A DNA stretch of 63,572 nucleotides. It comes from an uncultured Desulfohalobiaceae bacterium. GTDB lineage: Bacteria > Desulfobacterota > Desulfovibrionia > Desulfovibrionales > CAZUBS01. Shown here one piece after another: positions 49,535-59,856 of this stretch; positions within the stretch are counted from its first letter, which is position 1; every line of letters begins with the position of its first letter. The notes beneath the pieces were generated by a model. The model worked only from the letters and a program-made list of their open reading frames with translations, did not search any database and had not been told where the DNA came from. The DNA lies in NCBI GenBank assembly GCA_964594925.1, contig CAZQOG010000003.1, positions 1-63,572 of the forward strand, read 5' to 3'. Position numbers and translations under genes: made by a program.

Positions 49535-50683
49535 ATGCACCTGGACATGGACGCCTTTTTCGCCTCCATCGAGCAGGTGGACAACCCCACGATCACGGGG
49601 CTTCCCGTGATCGTGGGGGGGAGCTCGGACAGGGGGGTGGTCTCTGCGGCCTCCTATGAGGCCCGGAAGTACGGGGTGCACTCGGCCATGCCCGTGGTCC
49701 AGGCCAGAAAGCTCTGCCCCCGGGGGGTCTTTCTGCCGGTCAGGATGAAGCGGTACGCCCAGGCTTCCAGACAGGTCATGGACATACTGGCCAGGGTCTC
49801 CCCCCTGGTGGAGAAGGCCTCGGTGGACGAGGCCTATGTGGACATCACGGGGACGGGGCGGCTGCTCGGCCCTCCACGGGAGCTGGCGGTACAGGTCAAG
49901 AGGCAGGTTCTTGAGACGACCTCCCTGACCTGCTCCATAGGCATAGCCCCGAACAAGTTCCTGGCCAAGATCGCCTCTGATTTTGACAAGCCTGACGGTT
50001 TGACGGTCATCGAGCCGGAAGCGGTTGCTGATTTTCTGGCCGGCCTTCCGGTGGGCAAGATTCCCGGGGTGGGGAAAAGGACCCTGGAGATCCTGGAAGG
50101 GGTAGCCGTGAGAACCGCCGGAGACGTACTCAGGTACCCCAGATCCTTCTGGTCCGCCCGGTTGGGCAAGGGGGGCGAAAGCCTTTTTCGCAAGGCCCAG
50201 GGGATCGACACCCGCCCGGTGGTGGCCAGGGAGGCCGCCAAGTCATGCAGTGCCGAGCACACCTTCGAACAGGACACCGACGACAGGGAAAGGCTCAGAC
50301 AGTGGCTGCTCAAGCAGTGCGAGCGTGTGGGGCGTGAGCTCAGACAGGACAGGATCAAGGGACGCACCGTGACCCTGAAGGTCAAGTACGCCGACCACCG
50401 CCAGATCACCCGCTCCAGGACACTGTCCCGTGCCACCAACGCCACGGACCGCATCTTTGAGACCGTATCGGAGCTTCTGGAGGGCGTGGAGCTCAAACAG
50501 AAGGTTCGCCTGGTGGGCACGGGGGTGTCGAACTTCGCTGCCCCTCAGGTGCAGCTGACGCTTCTGGGGGAGGGCTCTCAGGAAGAGTGCGAAGCGCTGG
50601 ACAGTGTTCTGGACTGCATCCGCGCAAGGTTTGGCGACCATGCAATCAAGAGGGGGCGCCTCTTTGGTGAAAGGGAGAAGTGA
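49535..50683 (+). CDS. dinB: DNA polymerase IV
   Basis: MHLDMDAFFASIEQ and SVDEAYVDITG Y-family motifs. An upstream in-frame start is possible. Confidence 0.9.
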   Translation: MHLDMDAFFASIEQVDNPTITGLPVIVGGSSDRGVVSAASYEARKYGVHSAMPVVQARKLCPRGVFLPVRMKRYAQASRQVMDILARVSPLVEKASVDEAYVDITGTGRLLGPPRELAVQVKRQVLETTSLTCSIGIAPNKFLAKIASDFDKPDGLTVIEPEAVADFLAGLPVGKIPGVGKRTLEILEGVAVRTAGDVLRYPRSFWSARLGKGGESLFRKAQGIDTRPVVAREAAKSCSAEHTFEQDTDDRERLRQWLLKQCERVGRELRQDRIKGRTVTLKVKYADHRQITRSRTLSRATNATDRIFETVSELLEGVELKQKVRLVGTGVSNFAAPQVQLTLLGEGSQEECEALDSVLDCIRARFGDHAIKRGRLFGEREK

Positions 50684-50698
50684 CTTTTTCAAACACAG

Positions 50699-50728
50699 AA
50701 GGCCTGGACGGTTACCCGTCCAGGCCTT
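50699..50728. terminator. 13-bp perfect GC-rich hairpin AAGGCCTGGACGG-ttac-CCGTCCAGGCCTT between convergent genes
   Basis: Read directly. The U-tract is weak (TTGGTGCGTTGATT). Confidence 0.5.
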
Positions 50729-50783
50729 GGTGCGTTGATTATGCACCAGCCGGGCAAGATCTTGCGGAAAGTGCTCCCGCGGC

Positions 50784-52676
50784 TCAATCCCTGAGGACGG
50801 CCGGGTTGCGGATCTCGATCTCGGATCGATTCCTGAGCTCGGTCACATAGGCCTGGAAGAGCTGGCTCTGCTTGGTCTCCTCCAGGTCGTCCATGACCAG
50901 GTACTTCTGCAGGGTCCACTGCTCCTTCTCCGGGGGCACCACCTCGTTCAGGCGGGCAATGGCGTGACCCTGGGGAAGCTCGTAGACCCGGGGGAACCAT
51001 TCACTTTCCCTGACGGCGAAGGCATCCTGCACCAGGTCTGGGTTCATGCCCAGCTCAGGGATGGTGCTGCCTCGCCCGAAGGGCTCGGATGTCTGGACGC
51101 CGTCCAGGAGGTCCTCTGGTGCGGGCTCCTCCCCCTGCAGGGAGGTCAGGGCCTGCTCGGCCTGGTTTCTGGCCAGATCCATGCCGCCGGTCTTTTCCAG
51201 GCTGGCCACGATTCTGGCCCGCACCTCCTCCAGAGGCTGCACTGCTGCAGGGATCTGCTCTGTCTTGCGGGCCAGCAGGTAGCCCTCATCCAGCAGGATG
51301 GGCGATTCGGTCATCCCTCCCTCTGGCAGTGAAAAGAGCATCTCCAGCTGGGAGCGGTCCAGATCGAGGCCTTCCGGGCCGGAGGTCCTGGGAAAGGGTT
51401 CGGTCTCCCGGGCCGCAAGGCCGACACTGGCCGCGGCCTCTTCAAATCCGGACCCGGTCAGGAGCAGCTCCAGGGCCTGGTCGAGACGGTCGTTCATCCG
51501 GGTCGAGGCTTTCTCCCGGCGGATCCTGTCGGCAATGGTCTCGCGCACCTCCTCAAGGGGCTTGACCCCAGCCGGGCGACGGTCTTCCACTTTGATCAGG
51601 TGCCAGCCAAACTGGGTCCTGACAGGCTCGCTGATCTGTCCAGGCTCCATCCCAAAGGCCGCCTCTTCAAAGGTCTCGACCATGGCCCCGCGGCCGAACC
51701 AGCCCAGGTCCCCGCCCTGGGGGGCGCTGGGTCCGTCAGAGATCTCCCGGGCCAGCTCCGCGAACTCCGCCCCCTGGATGATCGAGTCCCTGGCCTCAAC
51801 GAGGCGCTCCCTGGCGGTCTCCACCGTTTCCTCGGGAGCGTTCTGGTCCAGCTGGATGATGATGTGCCTGGCCTTGACCTGCTCCTCATGGGAGAATCGC
51901 TCGGTGTTGGCCTGGTAGTGGTCTTCTATCTCCTCTTCCGTGGCATTGTACTGACCGGACAGGGTCTCTGGAGTGAAAAGCAGGTACTCCATGCGCATCT
52001 TGGGTGGCACGGCGAAGCGGTCCTGGTTCTCATCGTAGTAGCTCTGGATCTGCTCTTCGGCGGGCTCGACCGCATCCTGGAAGTCCTTCCAGTCGTAGAA
52101 GATGTAGTCGATGCTGCGGCGTTCCCGGGAGATGTAGAAGAAGTCGCGGGCCTCTTCTTCACCCACCCGGACCGGCATGCGGACCAGCTTCTCCATTTTT
52201 TGCAGGAGCAGGTCGTGGAGGACCTGGGCTTCGAACTGGCCGGGGGTCAGGTTGTTGGCCCGCAGGATGGCCTGGTAAAGGCCCGGGTCAAACCGCTTCT
52301 GCTCGTTCTGAAAGGCGGGAACGCGGCGGATTTCAGTGCGCAGCTCCTCTGGGGCGACCACGATGCCCAGGCGCTGGGCCTCGTTGAGCAGCAGCTGGGA
52401 CAGGACCATTTCGTTGAGGACCTGCTGCTTGATGTTCATGCGCTTCAGGTCCTCGGTGGTCAGATCGGGGTTTTCCTGTCTGATCTGGTCCACCTGGCGG
52501 TTGTAGGCGCGCTGGAAGTCGTCGATCATGATGTTCACGCCCCCCACCGTGGCCAGCACCGCAGAGCGCTCCCCCTGGAAGCTGCCCACTCCCCAGAAGA
52601 CAAAGACCAGGATGATAAGCCCGAAAACCAGTTTGATGCCCCAGGACTGGGCATTCTTGCGCATGGCGTCAAGCAT
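50784..52676 (-). CDS. Periplasmic chaperone / peptidyl-prolyl isomerase (PpiD/SurA-like)
   Basis: N-terminal TM anchor, SurA_N-like region and a parvulin domain (GGDLGWFGRGAMVETFEEAAF). Confidence 0.85.
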   Translation of the reverse strand: MLDAMRKNAQSWGIKLVFGLIILVFVFWGVGSFQGERSAVLATVGGVNIMIDDFQRAYNRQVDQIRQENPDLTTEDLKRMNIKQQVLNEMVLSQLLLNEAQRLGIVVAPEELRTEIRRVPAFQNEQKRFDPGLYQAILRANNLTPGQFEAQVLHDLLLQKMEKLVRMPVRVGEEEARDFFYISRERRSIDYIFYDWKDFQDAVEPAEEQIQSYYDENQDRFAVPPKMRMEYLLFTPETLSGQYNATEEEIEDHYQANTERFSHEEQVKARHIIIQLDQNAPEETVETARERLVEARDSIIQGAEFAELAREISDGPSAPQGGDLGWFGRGAMVETFEEAAFGMEPGQISEPVRTQFGWHLIKVEDRRPAGVKPLEEVRETIADRIRREKASTRMNDRLDQALELLLTGSGFEEAAASVGLAARETEPFPRTSGPEGLDLDRSQLEMLFSLPEGGMTESPILLDEGYLLARKTEQIPAAVQPLEEVRARIVASLEKTGGMDLARNQAEQALTSLQGEEPAPEDLLDGVQTSEPFGRGSTIPELGMNPDLVQDAFAVRESEWFPRVYELPQGHAIARLNEVVPPEKEQWTLQKYLVMDDLEETKQSQLFQAYVTELRNRSEIEIRNPAVLRD

Positions 52677-52733
52677 GTGTGCTCCCTGTGACGATGAAGG
52701 CCGGCACCCCGTTGGAGTTACCGGCCTGTTGTA

Positions 52734-54650
52734 TCAGCTCCGGCTGGCATAGTTGAGCATGCCGCCAGCCCGGATAACGGCTAATTCCTTTTCAGTCAAA
52801 TCATTGTCCATGCGGACCCGGCCCCCGGAGGGGGTGCTGATCTCCACGCCCTGACCGGGCTGAATGCGGTCTGCGGGGATATCCACCCGGTCGTTCAGCG
52901 AGAGACGATCGTAATCGTCCGGGTCGCTGAACAAAAGGGGCAGGATCCCGAAGTTGATCAGGTTGGCCCGGTGGATGCGGGCAAAGGACTTGGCCAGCAC
53001 GGCTTTCACCCCGAGGTGTCTGGGGGCCAGGGCGGCATGCTCGCGGCTCGAGCCCTGGCCGTAGTTCTCGCCGGCCACGACCACGCCCGAGCCTGTCTGC
53101 CGCATGCGGGTCACGAACTCCTCGTCCACGCGGCTGAAAACGTAGGCGCTGATGGCGGGAACGTTCGACCTGAGGGCGGTGATTTCGGCCCCGGCAGGCA
53201 TGATGTGGTCGGTGGTGATGTTGTCGCCGACCTTGAGCATGACCGGGGCGATGATCCTTTCCGGCAAAGGCTTAAAGGCCTCAAGGGGCACAATGTTCGG
53301 CCCTCGCAGGATCTCCACCCCCGACCCGTCTTCGGGCGGGAAGACGAACATCTCCCGGATGTCCGGTGTGTGGGGGGGGATTTCCGGTTTCTCAGGAGGA
53401 GTGCCCCAGGTCGCCGGGTCGGTGAAAGCGCCCTGCAGTGCGGCCATGGCCGCGGTCTGGGGGCTGACCAGGTAGACCTTGGCGTCCCTGGTGCCGCTGC
53501 GGCCCTCGAAGTTGCGGTTGTAGGTGCGGGCGCTGACACTCCCGGACGGGGGGGATCCGCCCATGCCGATGCAGGGGCCGCAGGCGCATTCCAGGATGCG
53601 GGCCCCGGAGTCGAGAATGGGGGTGATGAGCCCTTCCTCCGCCAGCATCTTCAAGACCTGCTTGGAACCGGGGGAGACCAGGAGGTCGGTCGCGGTGTGG
53701 ACTGTTTTGCCCTTGAGCATCAGGGCCACGGTCTTGAGGTCGGCATAGGAGGAGTTGGTGCAGGAGCCGATGGCTGACTGGTCCACCCTGAGCCCGTCCA
53801 GGTCGGCGATCCGGACCCTCTGGTCGGGCATGTGCGGTGCGGCGGCAAGGGGCTCGAGGCTCGAGAGGTCGATGACGATTTCCCCGTCGTAGGAGGCTCC
53901 GTGGTCCGGGCCCAGTGGAGTGTACTCCTGCGGCCGCCCCATGCTTTCCAAGAACTCCCGTGTACGCCTGTCGGAAGGGAAAATGGAGGTCGTCGCTCCC
54001 AGCTCGGCCCCCATGTTGGTTATGGTGGCCCGCTCAGGAACAGAGAGGCTCTCCACTCCCGGGCCGGTGTACTCGAAGACCTTGCCCACGCCGCCCTTGA
54101 CCGTGAGCTCGCCAAGGAGGTGCAGGATGATGTCCTTGGCCGTGGCCCACCCGGTCAGGGATCCTTCGAGCCTGACGCTGACCACCTTGGGGCAGGGGAT
54201 GGTGTAGGGCTGCCCGGCCATGGCCAAAGCCACGGAAAGCCCGCCGGCACCGATGGCAAGGCTGCCCGCGCCGCCCGCGGTCGGGGTGTGGGAGTCGGAC
54301 CCGATCAGGGTCTTGCCAGGAACGGCAAAGTTTTCCAGGTGCAGCTGGTGGCAGATGCCAAGACCTGGGGGGGAGTAGACAATGCCGTATCTGGCGGCAA
54401 CGGTGCGCAGGTAGCGGTGGTCGTCGGGATTGCGGAACCCCATCTGCAGGGTGTTGTGATCGACGTAGCTGACCGAAAGCTCGGTTCTGACGCGGTCCAC
54501 GCCCATGGCCTCGAACTGGAGGTAGGCCATGGTTCCGGTGGCGTCCTGGGTCAGGGTCTGGTCGATGCCGACGGCAATTTCAGAGCCGGGGGTGAGGCTT
54601 CCCCGGACCAGGTGGGCAGCGAGGATCTTCAGGGTCAGGTTTCTGGGCAT
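52734..54650 (-). CDS. Aconitate hydratase (~640-aa type)
   Basis: Fe-S ligand motifs IGSDSHT, IGSCTNSS and CGPCIGMGG; C-terminal swivel domain. Start at MPRNLTLKIL (ATG 54648-54650), with GAGGAG upstream. Confidence 0.9.
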   Translation of the reverse strand: MPRNLTLKILAAHLVRGSLTPGSEIAVGIDQTLTQDATGTMAYLQFEAMGVDRVRTELSVSYVDHNTLQMGFRNPDDHRYLRTVAARYGIVYSPPGLGICHQLHLENFAVPGKTLIGSDSHTPTAGGAGSLAIGAGGLSVALAMAGQPYTIPCPKVVSVRLEGSLTGWATAKDIILHLLGELTVKGGVGKVFEYTGPGVESLSVPERATITNMGAELGATTSIFPSDRRTREFLESMGRPQEYTPLGPDHGASYDGEIVIDLSSLEPLAAAPHMPDQRVRIADLDGLRVDQSAIGSCTNSSYADLKTVALMLKGKTVHTATDLLVSPGSKQVLKMLAEEGLITPILDSGARILECACGPCIGMGGSPPSGSVSARTYNRNFEGRSGTRDAKVYLVSPQTAAMAALQGAFTDPATWGTPPEKPEIPPHTPDIREMFVFPPEDGSGVEILRGPNIVPLEAFKPLPERIIAPVMLKVGDNITTDHIMPAGAEITALRSNVPAISAYVFSRVDEEFVTRMRQTGSGVVVAGENYGQGSSREHAALAPRHLGVKAVLAKSFARIHRANLINFGILPLLFSDPDDYDRLSLNDRVDIPADRIQPGQGVEISTPSGGRVRMDNDLTEKELAVIRAGGMLNYASRS

Positions 54651-54654
54651 GCAG

Positions 54655-56118
54655 CTACTCCTCGTCGGGGGTGTCGGGGATGGTGAGGGAGAGCTCAGAA
54701 GACTCGTCAAGGTCGAAGATGTGGGTGTCCAGATAGTCCTTGAGCTTGTACTTGCTGATGTTCTGCAGCTTGCGGTGCAAATCGAAGACCCGGGAGCTTT
54801 CCCGGGCGATGATGTTCTTGTGCCGCTTCAGGCGCTCCGGGTTGTCCAGGGGTGTGTCCACCAGCAGCTGGGCGGAGTTGACGATGGCGGTCAAAGGTTG
54901 TGAGAGCTCGTGGCTGATGGCGCCTGCAACGGCCAGGGCGGCATTGACCCTGCTCTTCTCCTCTTTTCCGGTCAGGTTGTAGAGTATCCAGGCCACGGTC
55001 CATGATCCGGGCCTGCCCGGAATGAGAAAGTAGGTGACCTCCCAGTCCACGTCATTCCAGAGCACCTTGAAGGTGCTCGAAAAGCTTTCCTGAGAGGAGG
55101 ACGCGCTGTCAAAGCTTCGGGAGCGCATGGTCGACTCGAAATGTGTTTTCAGGACAGGGGCCAGCTCGAACAGTAGAGACCTCCTGAGGTGCTGCCCGTT
55201 TTCCAGGAGGGGGTAGAGGAGCTCGTGGGCGTCGGGGTTGGCAAAGAGGATTTTCCCCGTGAGGTCGGTCTGGATGAGCGGAAAGGGCATGTGGGACATG
55301 ATGGCCCGGAGCTGGTTCTGGTGCTGGCGTGATTTCAGCTTGAGCTGCTCCACCGGGCTGAGGTCCTGCACCAGCTCGATCGAACCAGCAACCCTCCCCT
55401 GGACCTCGATCCGCCGGGCCATGGTCAGGTAGTGGCCGTTGAGCCCGGGTTTGAGGCCGTGGTAGCTTCCAACGACCTGAAAACCGTCCGGAATCGGTGA
55501 AATCTCGGAGTGCTCCCCATAGTATTTGCGAATCACGGATCGCGGGGCATCGGCAACCACCAGCTGACCAAGCAGGGGGCGCTCCAGGGTGTAGAAGAGG
55601 GTCCCGACCTCCCGGCGTCCAAGGACGTCCTTGCCCGCGATGCCCGTCAGCTTTTCACAGGCCCTGTTCCAGGATTGGACCCGCCCCTGAGAGTCGTAGA
55701 CCATGGCCGCGATCGGCAGGGCGTCCAGGAGGGTCTCCAGCATGCGCTGCTTGGCCGCAAGCCTCACGGACAGACCCTGACGGGCCAGAAATGAGGCGTA
55801 GAAGGGGCTTCCGGGTGGAGATTCCTGCAGCTCTGTTTCCAGGGGCAGCCCTTTTCTGAGCTGCGAGCGGAGCATGGGATCGCTGCTCATGTTCACCACT
55901 ATCTGGATGTGGTGCGCGGCCACCAGCTCGCGCCAATGGGTGTAAACCGGGACTCCGACTCCGGCCAGGCCGGGGTGCGGTCCATCGGTCACTGCCACGG
56001 CCACGAGCTCGGTCCGCGGTCTGGGAAAAGGGGGCCTCGTGCCCAGGAAAAAGGGTGCAGCCCGGGAGAGGATCTTTCCAGGGCCCACCAGGGCCATGCG
56101 TGGTCGGGAATCGTTCAT
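54655..56118 (-). CDS. PAS-domain sensor with HisKA/DHp domain but no recognisable HATPase_c domain
   Basis: N-terminal Rossmann-like segment, PAS modules and H-box AGAISHELSQPLTAI. The protein ends ~90 aa after the H-box without N/G1/G2 boxes. Confidence 0.7.
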   Translation of the reverse strand: MNDSRPRMALVGPGKILSRAAPFFLGTRPPFPRPRTELVAVAVTDGPHPGLAGVGVPVYTHWRELVAAHHIQIVVNMSSDPMLRSQLRKGLPLETELQESPPGSPFYASFLARQGLSVRLAAKQRMLETLLDALPIAAMVYDSQGRVQSWNRACEKLTGIAGKDVLGRREVGTLFYTLERPLLGQLVVADAPRSVIRKYYGEHSEISPIPDGFQVVGSYHGLKPGLNGHYLTMARRIEVQGRVAGSIELVQDLSPVEQLKLKSRQHQNQLRAIMSHMPFPLIQTDLTGKILFANPDAHELLYPLLENGQHLRRSLLFELAPVLKTHFESTMRSRSFDSASSSQESFSSTFKVLWNDVDWEVTYFLIPGRPGSWTVAWILYNLTGKEEKSRVNAALAVAGAISHELSQPLTAIVNSAQLLVDTPLDNPERLKRHKNIIARESSRVFDLHRKLQNISKYKLKDYLDTHIFDLDESSELSLTIPDTPDEE

Positions 56119-56363
56119 GTTCGAGGGGTGTTTCCTGCTCCGCAGGCATGCCTGAGCCTGCTCATCTTCTTCTGTCTGAAATCGATCTCCACAGCGAGGC
56201 GCAGCTTTTCCTGCTGCAACTCGAAGATCTCAGCGGCATACACAGTCCCCGCTGCCACATCTTCTGCAGCAAGCAGCTTGCGGAGGGCCGATTCGCAGTG
56301 CTCCTTTTCCAGAGAGAACCGCGCGATCTCCTCCTCGAGAAGCCTGAGGGGCTCAGTCGACAT
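56115..56363 (-). CDS. Small coiled-coil protein (hypothetical)
   Basis: 82-aa ORF MSTEPLRLLEEEIARFSLEKEH... (or start 56381). Its stop overlaps the downstream start (ATGA) and its start overlaps the upstream gene end, suggesting translational coupling. Confidence 0.45.
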   Translation of the reverse strand: MSTEPLRLLEEEIARFSLEKEHCESALRKLLAAEDVAAGTVYAAEIFELQQEKLRLAVEIDFRQKKMSRLRHACGAGNTPRT

Positions 56364-57993
56364 GGAATCGTCTTCTGGCATGGTGCTCTCCAGAGGGACG
56401 CTGGGGTTCTTCCTTGTGGGGCAGCCGCAGCAGGTCGCCGGGTGCGGGAAGGTTCCTGTATGCGGACCAGTACCTGGGCCAGGCGCGGGCCATGTCTCCT
56501 GGGTTGGAAAGCAGGATGCCCGAGCGCGCAAAGGCGGTCAGTGACAAGGCCAGGCTCCACAGGGGGTGCGGGGTGGTAAAGGTCCTTTTCCTGGCCCCGG
56601 GACCGGTGAACGGCTCGATGATCAGGGCCCCGTCCTGCAGGCGGTGCTCCTGCCCGAGCTCTGTCAGAAACCCCCGGCAGTAACGCAGGTCGGGGCTGTT
56701 CTCCGGGAGCAGGATGGTGGATGTGCGGGGCAGCAGCACTGCCAGCGCTGTTGCCAGGGGGAGCAGCCGCGGTGCCGTGCTGATGTCCATGACCTCACTC
56801 AGGGAAGATGTTCCCGGCCGCGACTCGATGGCGTCCTGACCCGGCTGCACCAGACACCCGAACCCGTGCAGCAGGTCAACGAGGACATCCGCCTCGGGCT
56901 GGCCCGAAGGCCACGAACCGCGCAGAGCGACCCGCCCGCCCGAGATGCCCGGCAGGGCGAGAAACGGCGCCGCAAGCAGGGGGTCGATGGCTAGCCCGGT
57001 GCGGGGCGGCACCTTCAGGTCGGACCGGGGGATCAGCAGGTGGGTTGCCCCGAGCACGACGTCCACGGCGCAGGTTTTAAGAACGGACAGGGCCTTGGGA
57101 AGCATCCGTGCTCCGGGCCAGTCCCGGTCCCAGCGCAGGGTCAGCCCATCGGGAAAGGCTGTTGCCGCCAGGGGCAGGGCCAGGGCAAGCTCCTGGGGAG
57201 CCTCGAAAGGGATGGATATCTCTCTTTCAGGCATGCCGCTGGTCTCCAGCCTGAGAGGCAGCCCTGCGCCGCCCGGAGCAAGGGATGTGGCCCGGGCCCC
57301 GAGCTGGCGCAAAACTTCACGCGAAGGGCCGAGGTCAAAGCGTTTCAGGTCCATGTCTCCGGTGAACTTGACAGTGCCCGAAGTGGTGGTGCTCAGACAG
57401 ATCAGCAAGAAGATGTTGAGCCTGTCCCCTCCGACGAAAACAGCGCCTTTTCCCTGAGCCTTCTCATGGGGCGCGGGATCGTGCGTGATGCTCTGCCTGT
57501 CCCAGGAGAGACCCCCGCGTCCGCCGAGCTGGTTCATGGCCTTGATGCAGTCGACGACCGGATCGTTGAGGATGACGGGTTCCAGATGCAGCGGTGCGTC
57601 TGCCAGTCGGGCGGCAAGAATCCACAACCGGGCGCTTTCCATGTCGGGCGGGCCGGCAGAATCGATCCGTGCTTCCGAACGTGAAGGGGCGAGGAGAAAG
57701 CCGGTTCCAGCCTTGTCGGGCTGTTTCTGGCTGTATGCGAGCTCATTGGCCAGATCGAACAGCAGCCGCCAGTTCCTGGTCATTGCAGCCTGCTCCTGCA
57801 GCTCCTCCCGCCAGGAGTCCCAGAGCCTCTTTTCCAGGGCCGGGTCGACCAGGGAACGTTTTGCCTGCTGCCGGGAAGCGACCAGCTTCTGCAACAGCCG
57901 GCTCCTTTTGAGCAGCAGCCGGACCAGGGCGCGATCGGTGTCGGCCAGCTCGACTGTCAGAGGCACAGGGCGTTTTTTTTCCTTTGTGTCCAT
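56353..57993 (-). CDS. EPSP-synthase-fold (enolpyruvyl transferase family) protein with degenerate active-site motifs and an N-terminal chorismate-mutase-like helical segment
   Basis: Collinear with AroA by eye, but PGSKS reads AGPPDMES, LGNAGTAMR reads VGGDRLNIF, and NDHRMAM reads TPHPLWSLA. The N-terminus DRALVRLLLKRSRLLQKL...AKRS...EKRLW resembles AroQ helices. Confidence 0.55.
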   Translation of the reverse strand: MDTKEKKRPVPLTVELADTDRALVRLLLKRSRLLQKLVASRQQAKRSLVDPALEKRLWDSWREELQEQAAMTRNWRLLFDLANELAYSQKQPDKAGTGFLLAPSRSEARIDSAGPPDMESARLWILAARLADAPLHLEPVILNDPVVDCIKAMNQLGGRGGLSWDRQSITHDPAPHEKAQGKGAVFVGGDRLNIFLLICLSTTTSGTVKFTGDMDLKRFDLGPSREVLRQLGARATSLAPGGAGLPLRLETSGMPEREISIPFEAPQELALALPLAATAFPDGLTLRWDRDWPGARMLPKALSVLKTCAVDVVLGATHLLIPRSDLKVPPRTGLAIDPLLAAPFLALPGISGGRVALRGSWPSGQPEADVLVDLLHGFGCLVQPGQDAIESRPGTSSLSEVMDISTAPRLLPLATALAVLLPRTSTILLPENSPDLRYCRGFLTELGQEHRLQDGALIIEPFTGPGARKRTFTTPHPLWSLALSLTAFARSGILLSNPGDMARAWPRYWSAYRNLPAPGDLLRLPHKEEPQRPSGEHHARRRFHVD

Positions 57994-58508
57994 TCTTTCC
58001 TGAGCTGAGAGAGGGTGAGAGCCACGTCCGTGGTCAGGGAATATATAATGAAACCAAAATTATTACCTTAAAAGTATTCAGACAGGCAAGGTGAATGTAA
58101 GATCCTGAAATTAAAAAGCAAGTAAGAGGATGTGGTTCTGGAAGGCGGCTGCTTTTTTCAGGGAAAGCACGGGCTCCCCCTGCAGGGCAGGGTTCAGCCA
58201 TGGTGTTGGAGGCGCGGGGAAACCGGCAGTAAAAGAAGGAAAAATTCTATAATTTCAGCATGTAAGGCTAAAATGGACACAGGGTTGACATTTTGTAGAT
58301 TTTTTCACAAGTAAGACAATCCTTGACTCTTTGAAAGGACGGGGTAGGCTCTCACGTTCCGCCAGGTCTGTGCCGGAAACAAGTTCAGGCGTTCCTGATT
58401 TTGGAGGAGAACAATCATCGGGCCCCCCGGGCGGGGAGCGGCGGACTCATTTCGAGAGCCGCCAGACTCAGGAATGGCAACAAAAATCATTTTGCAAGGA
58501 GTGTCTCT

Positions 58509-59792
58509 ATGTCGAAACTCGTACCCCCCCATGGTGGTAAAGGCTTGGTCGAATGTCTGCTGACCGGATCAGAGCTGGTCGCTGCAAAGGAAAAGGCAGC
58601 CGGCCTGAAGACCCTTGAAATTTCCAACGCCGTCAAGGGCGATGTCATCATGCTCGGCATCGGCGGATTTTCCCCGCTGAACGGTTTCATGGGCAAGGCC
58701 GACTGGAAAAGCGTTTGTGAAAAGATGATGCTTGCCGACGGGACCTTCTGGCCCGTGCCCGTGTGCCTGGACACCAACGAAGAGGTGTCCGAGGGTGAAG
58801 AGATCGCCCTGAAGGGCAAGGATGGCGTCATCTACGCCATCATGAAGGTCGAAGAAGTCTACCAGATGACCGAGGACAACAAGAAGTGGGAATGTGAGAT
58901 GGTCTTCAAGGGGGGCGGGGAAGACTCCGAGAACTTCTGGGGCGTGGCCCTGGAAGACCACCCCGGTGTGCAGAAGGTCATGGCCCAGGGCAAGTACAAC
59001 CTGGCCGGTCCGGTCAAGGTGCTCTCCGAGGGCGACTACCGCGAGAAGTTCCCCGGCGTGTACAAGACCCCGCGTGAGCTTCGGGCCGAGATGGACGAGC
59101 GCGGCTGGGGCAACGTGGCCGCGCTGCAGCTTCGCAACCCCATGCACCGTTCCCACGAGTTCCTGGTCAAGACCGCCATCGAAGTCTGCGACGGCGCCGT
59201 CATCCACTCCCTGATCGGCAACCTCAAGCCCGGCGACATTCCCGCTGACGTGCGCATCAAGTGCATCGACACCCACATCAAGCACTACTTCGTGCCCGAG
59301 TTCGTGATCAACGCCGGGTATCCGCTGGACATGCGCTATGCCGGTCCCCGCGAAGGCCTGCTCCACGCCACCTTCCGCCAGAACTACGGCATCAACAACA
59401 TGCTCATCGGACGCGACCATGCCGGTGTGGGCGACTTCTACACCCTCTTTGAGGCCCAGGAGATCTTCGACAAGATCCCCTACGCCGATCCCAACGAAGC
59501 CTGCGATGTGCCGGGCAAGGCCCTGCAGACCAAGCCCATGAAGATCGACTGGTCCTTCTACTGCTTCAAGTGCGACGGCATGGTTTCCATGAAGACCTGC
59601 CCGCACGGCAAGGAAGACCGGGTCATCCTGTCAGGCACCAAGCTCAGAAAGGCCCTTTCCGAAGGCGCCGAGGTCCCGGATCACTTCGGACGTGAAGAGG
59701 TCCTGGCGATCCTGCGCGACTACTACGAGAACCTCACCGAGAAGGTGGAGATCAAGATGCAGAAGGCCGCCTCCGGCCAGGAAATGAAGTAA
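58509..59792 (+). CDS. sat: Sulfate adenylyltransferase (ATP sulfurylase)
   Basis: [10 protein letters not shown] start; motifs [11 protein letters not shown] and GRDHAGVG. Confidence 0.95.
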   Translation: MSKLVPPHGGKGLVECLLTGSELVAAKEKAAGLKTLEISNAVKGDVIMLGIGGFSPLNGFMGKADWKSVCEKMMLADGTFWPVPVCLDTNEEVSEGEEIALKGKDGVIYAIMKVEEVYQMTEDNKKWECEMVFKGGGEDSENFWGVALEDHPGVQKVMAQGKYNLAGPVKVLSEGDYREKFPGVYKTPRELRAEMDERGWGNVAALQLRNPMHRSHEFLVKTAIEVCDGAVIHSLIGNLKPGDIPADVRIKCIDTHIKHYFVPEFVINAGYPLDMRYAGPREGLLHATFRQNYGINNMLIGRDHAGVGDFYTLFEAQEIFDKIPYADPNEACDVPGKALQTKPMKIDWSFYCFKCDGMVSMKTCPHGKEDRVILSGTKLRKALSEGAEVPDHFGREEVLAILRDYYENLTEKVEIKMQKAASGQEMK

Positions 59793-59823
59793 GCCCCGGG
59801 CTGCTTCACAAAAAGACGTCACA

Positions 59824-59856
59824 GGGGAGCCGGAGTTTCGGCTCCCCTTTTTTTTT
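59824..59856. terminator. Rho-independent terminator of sat (bidirectional context)
   Basis: GGGGAGCCG-gagttt-CGGCTCCCC followed by T9. The T-tract overlaps the stop codon of the convergent usp gene. Confidence 0.85.

Noticed and set aside
58132-58540. Short ORFs and the upstream extension of the sat ORF (58401 start) in the sat leader
   Set aside because: The conserved Sat N-terminus begins at [10 protein letters not shown] (ATG 58509). The upstream codons are not Sat-like and lie in an AT-rich leader.
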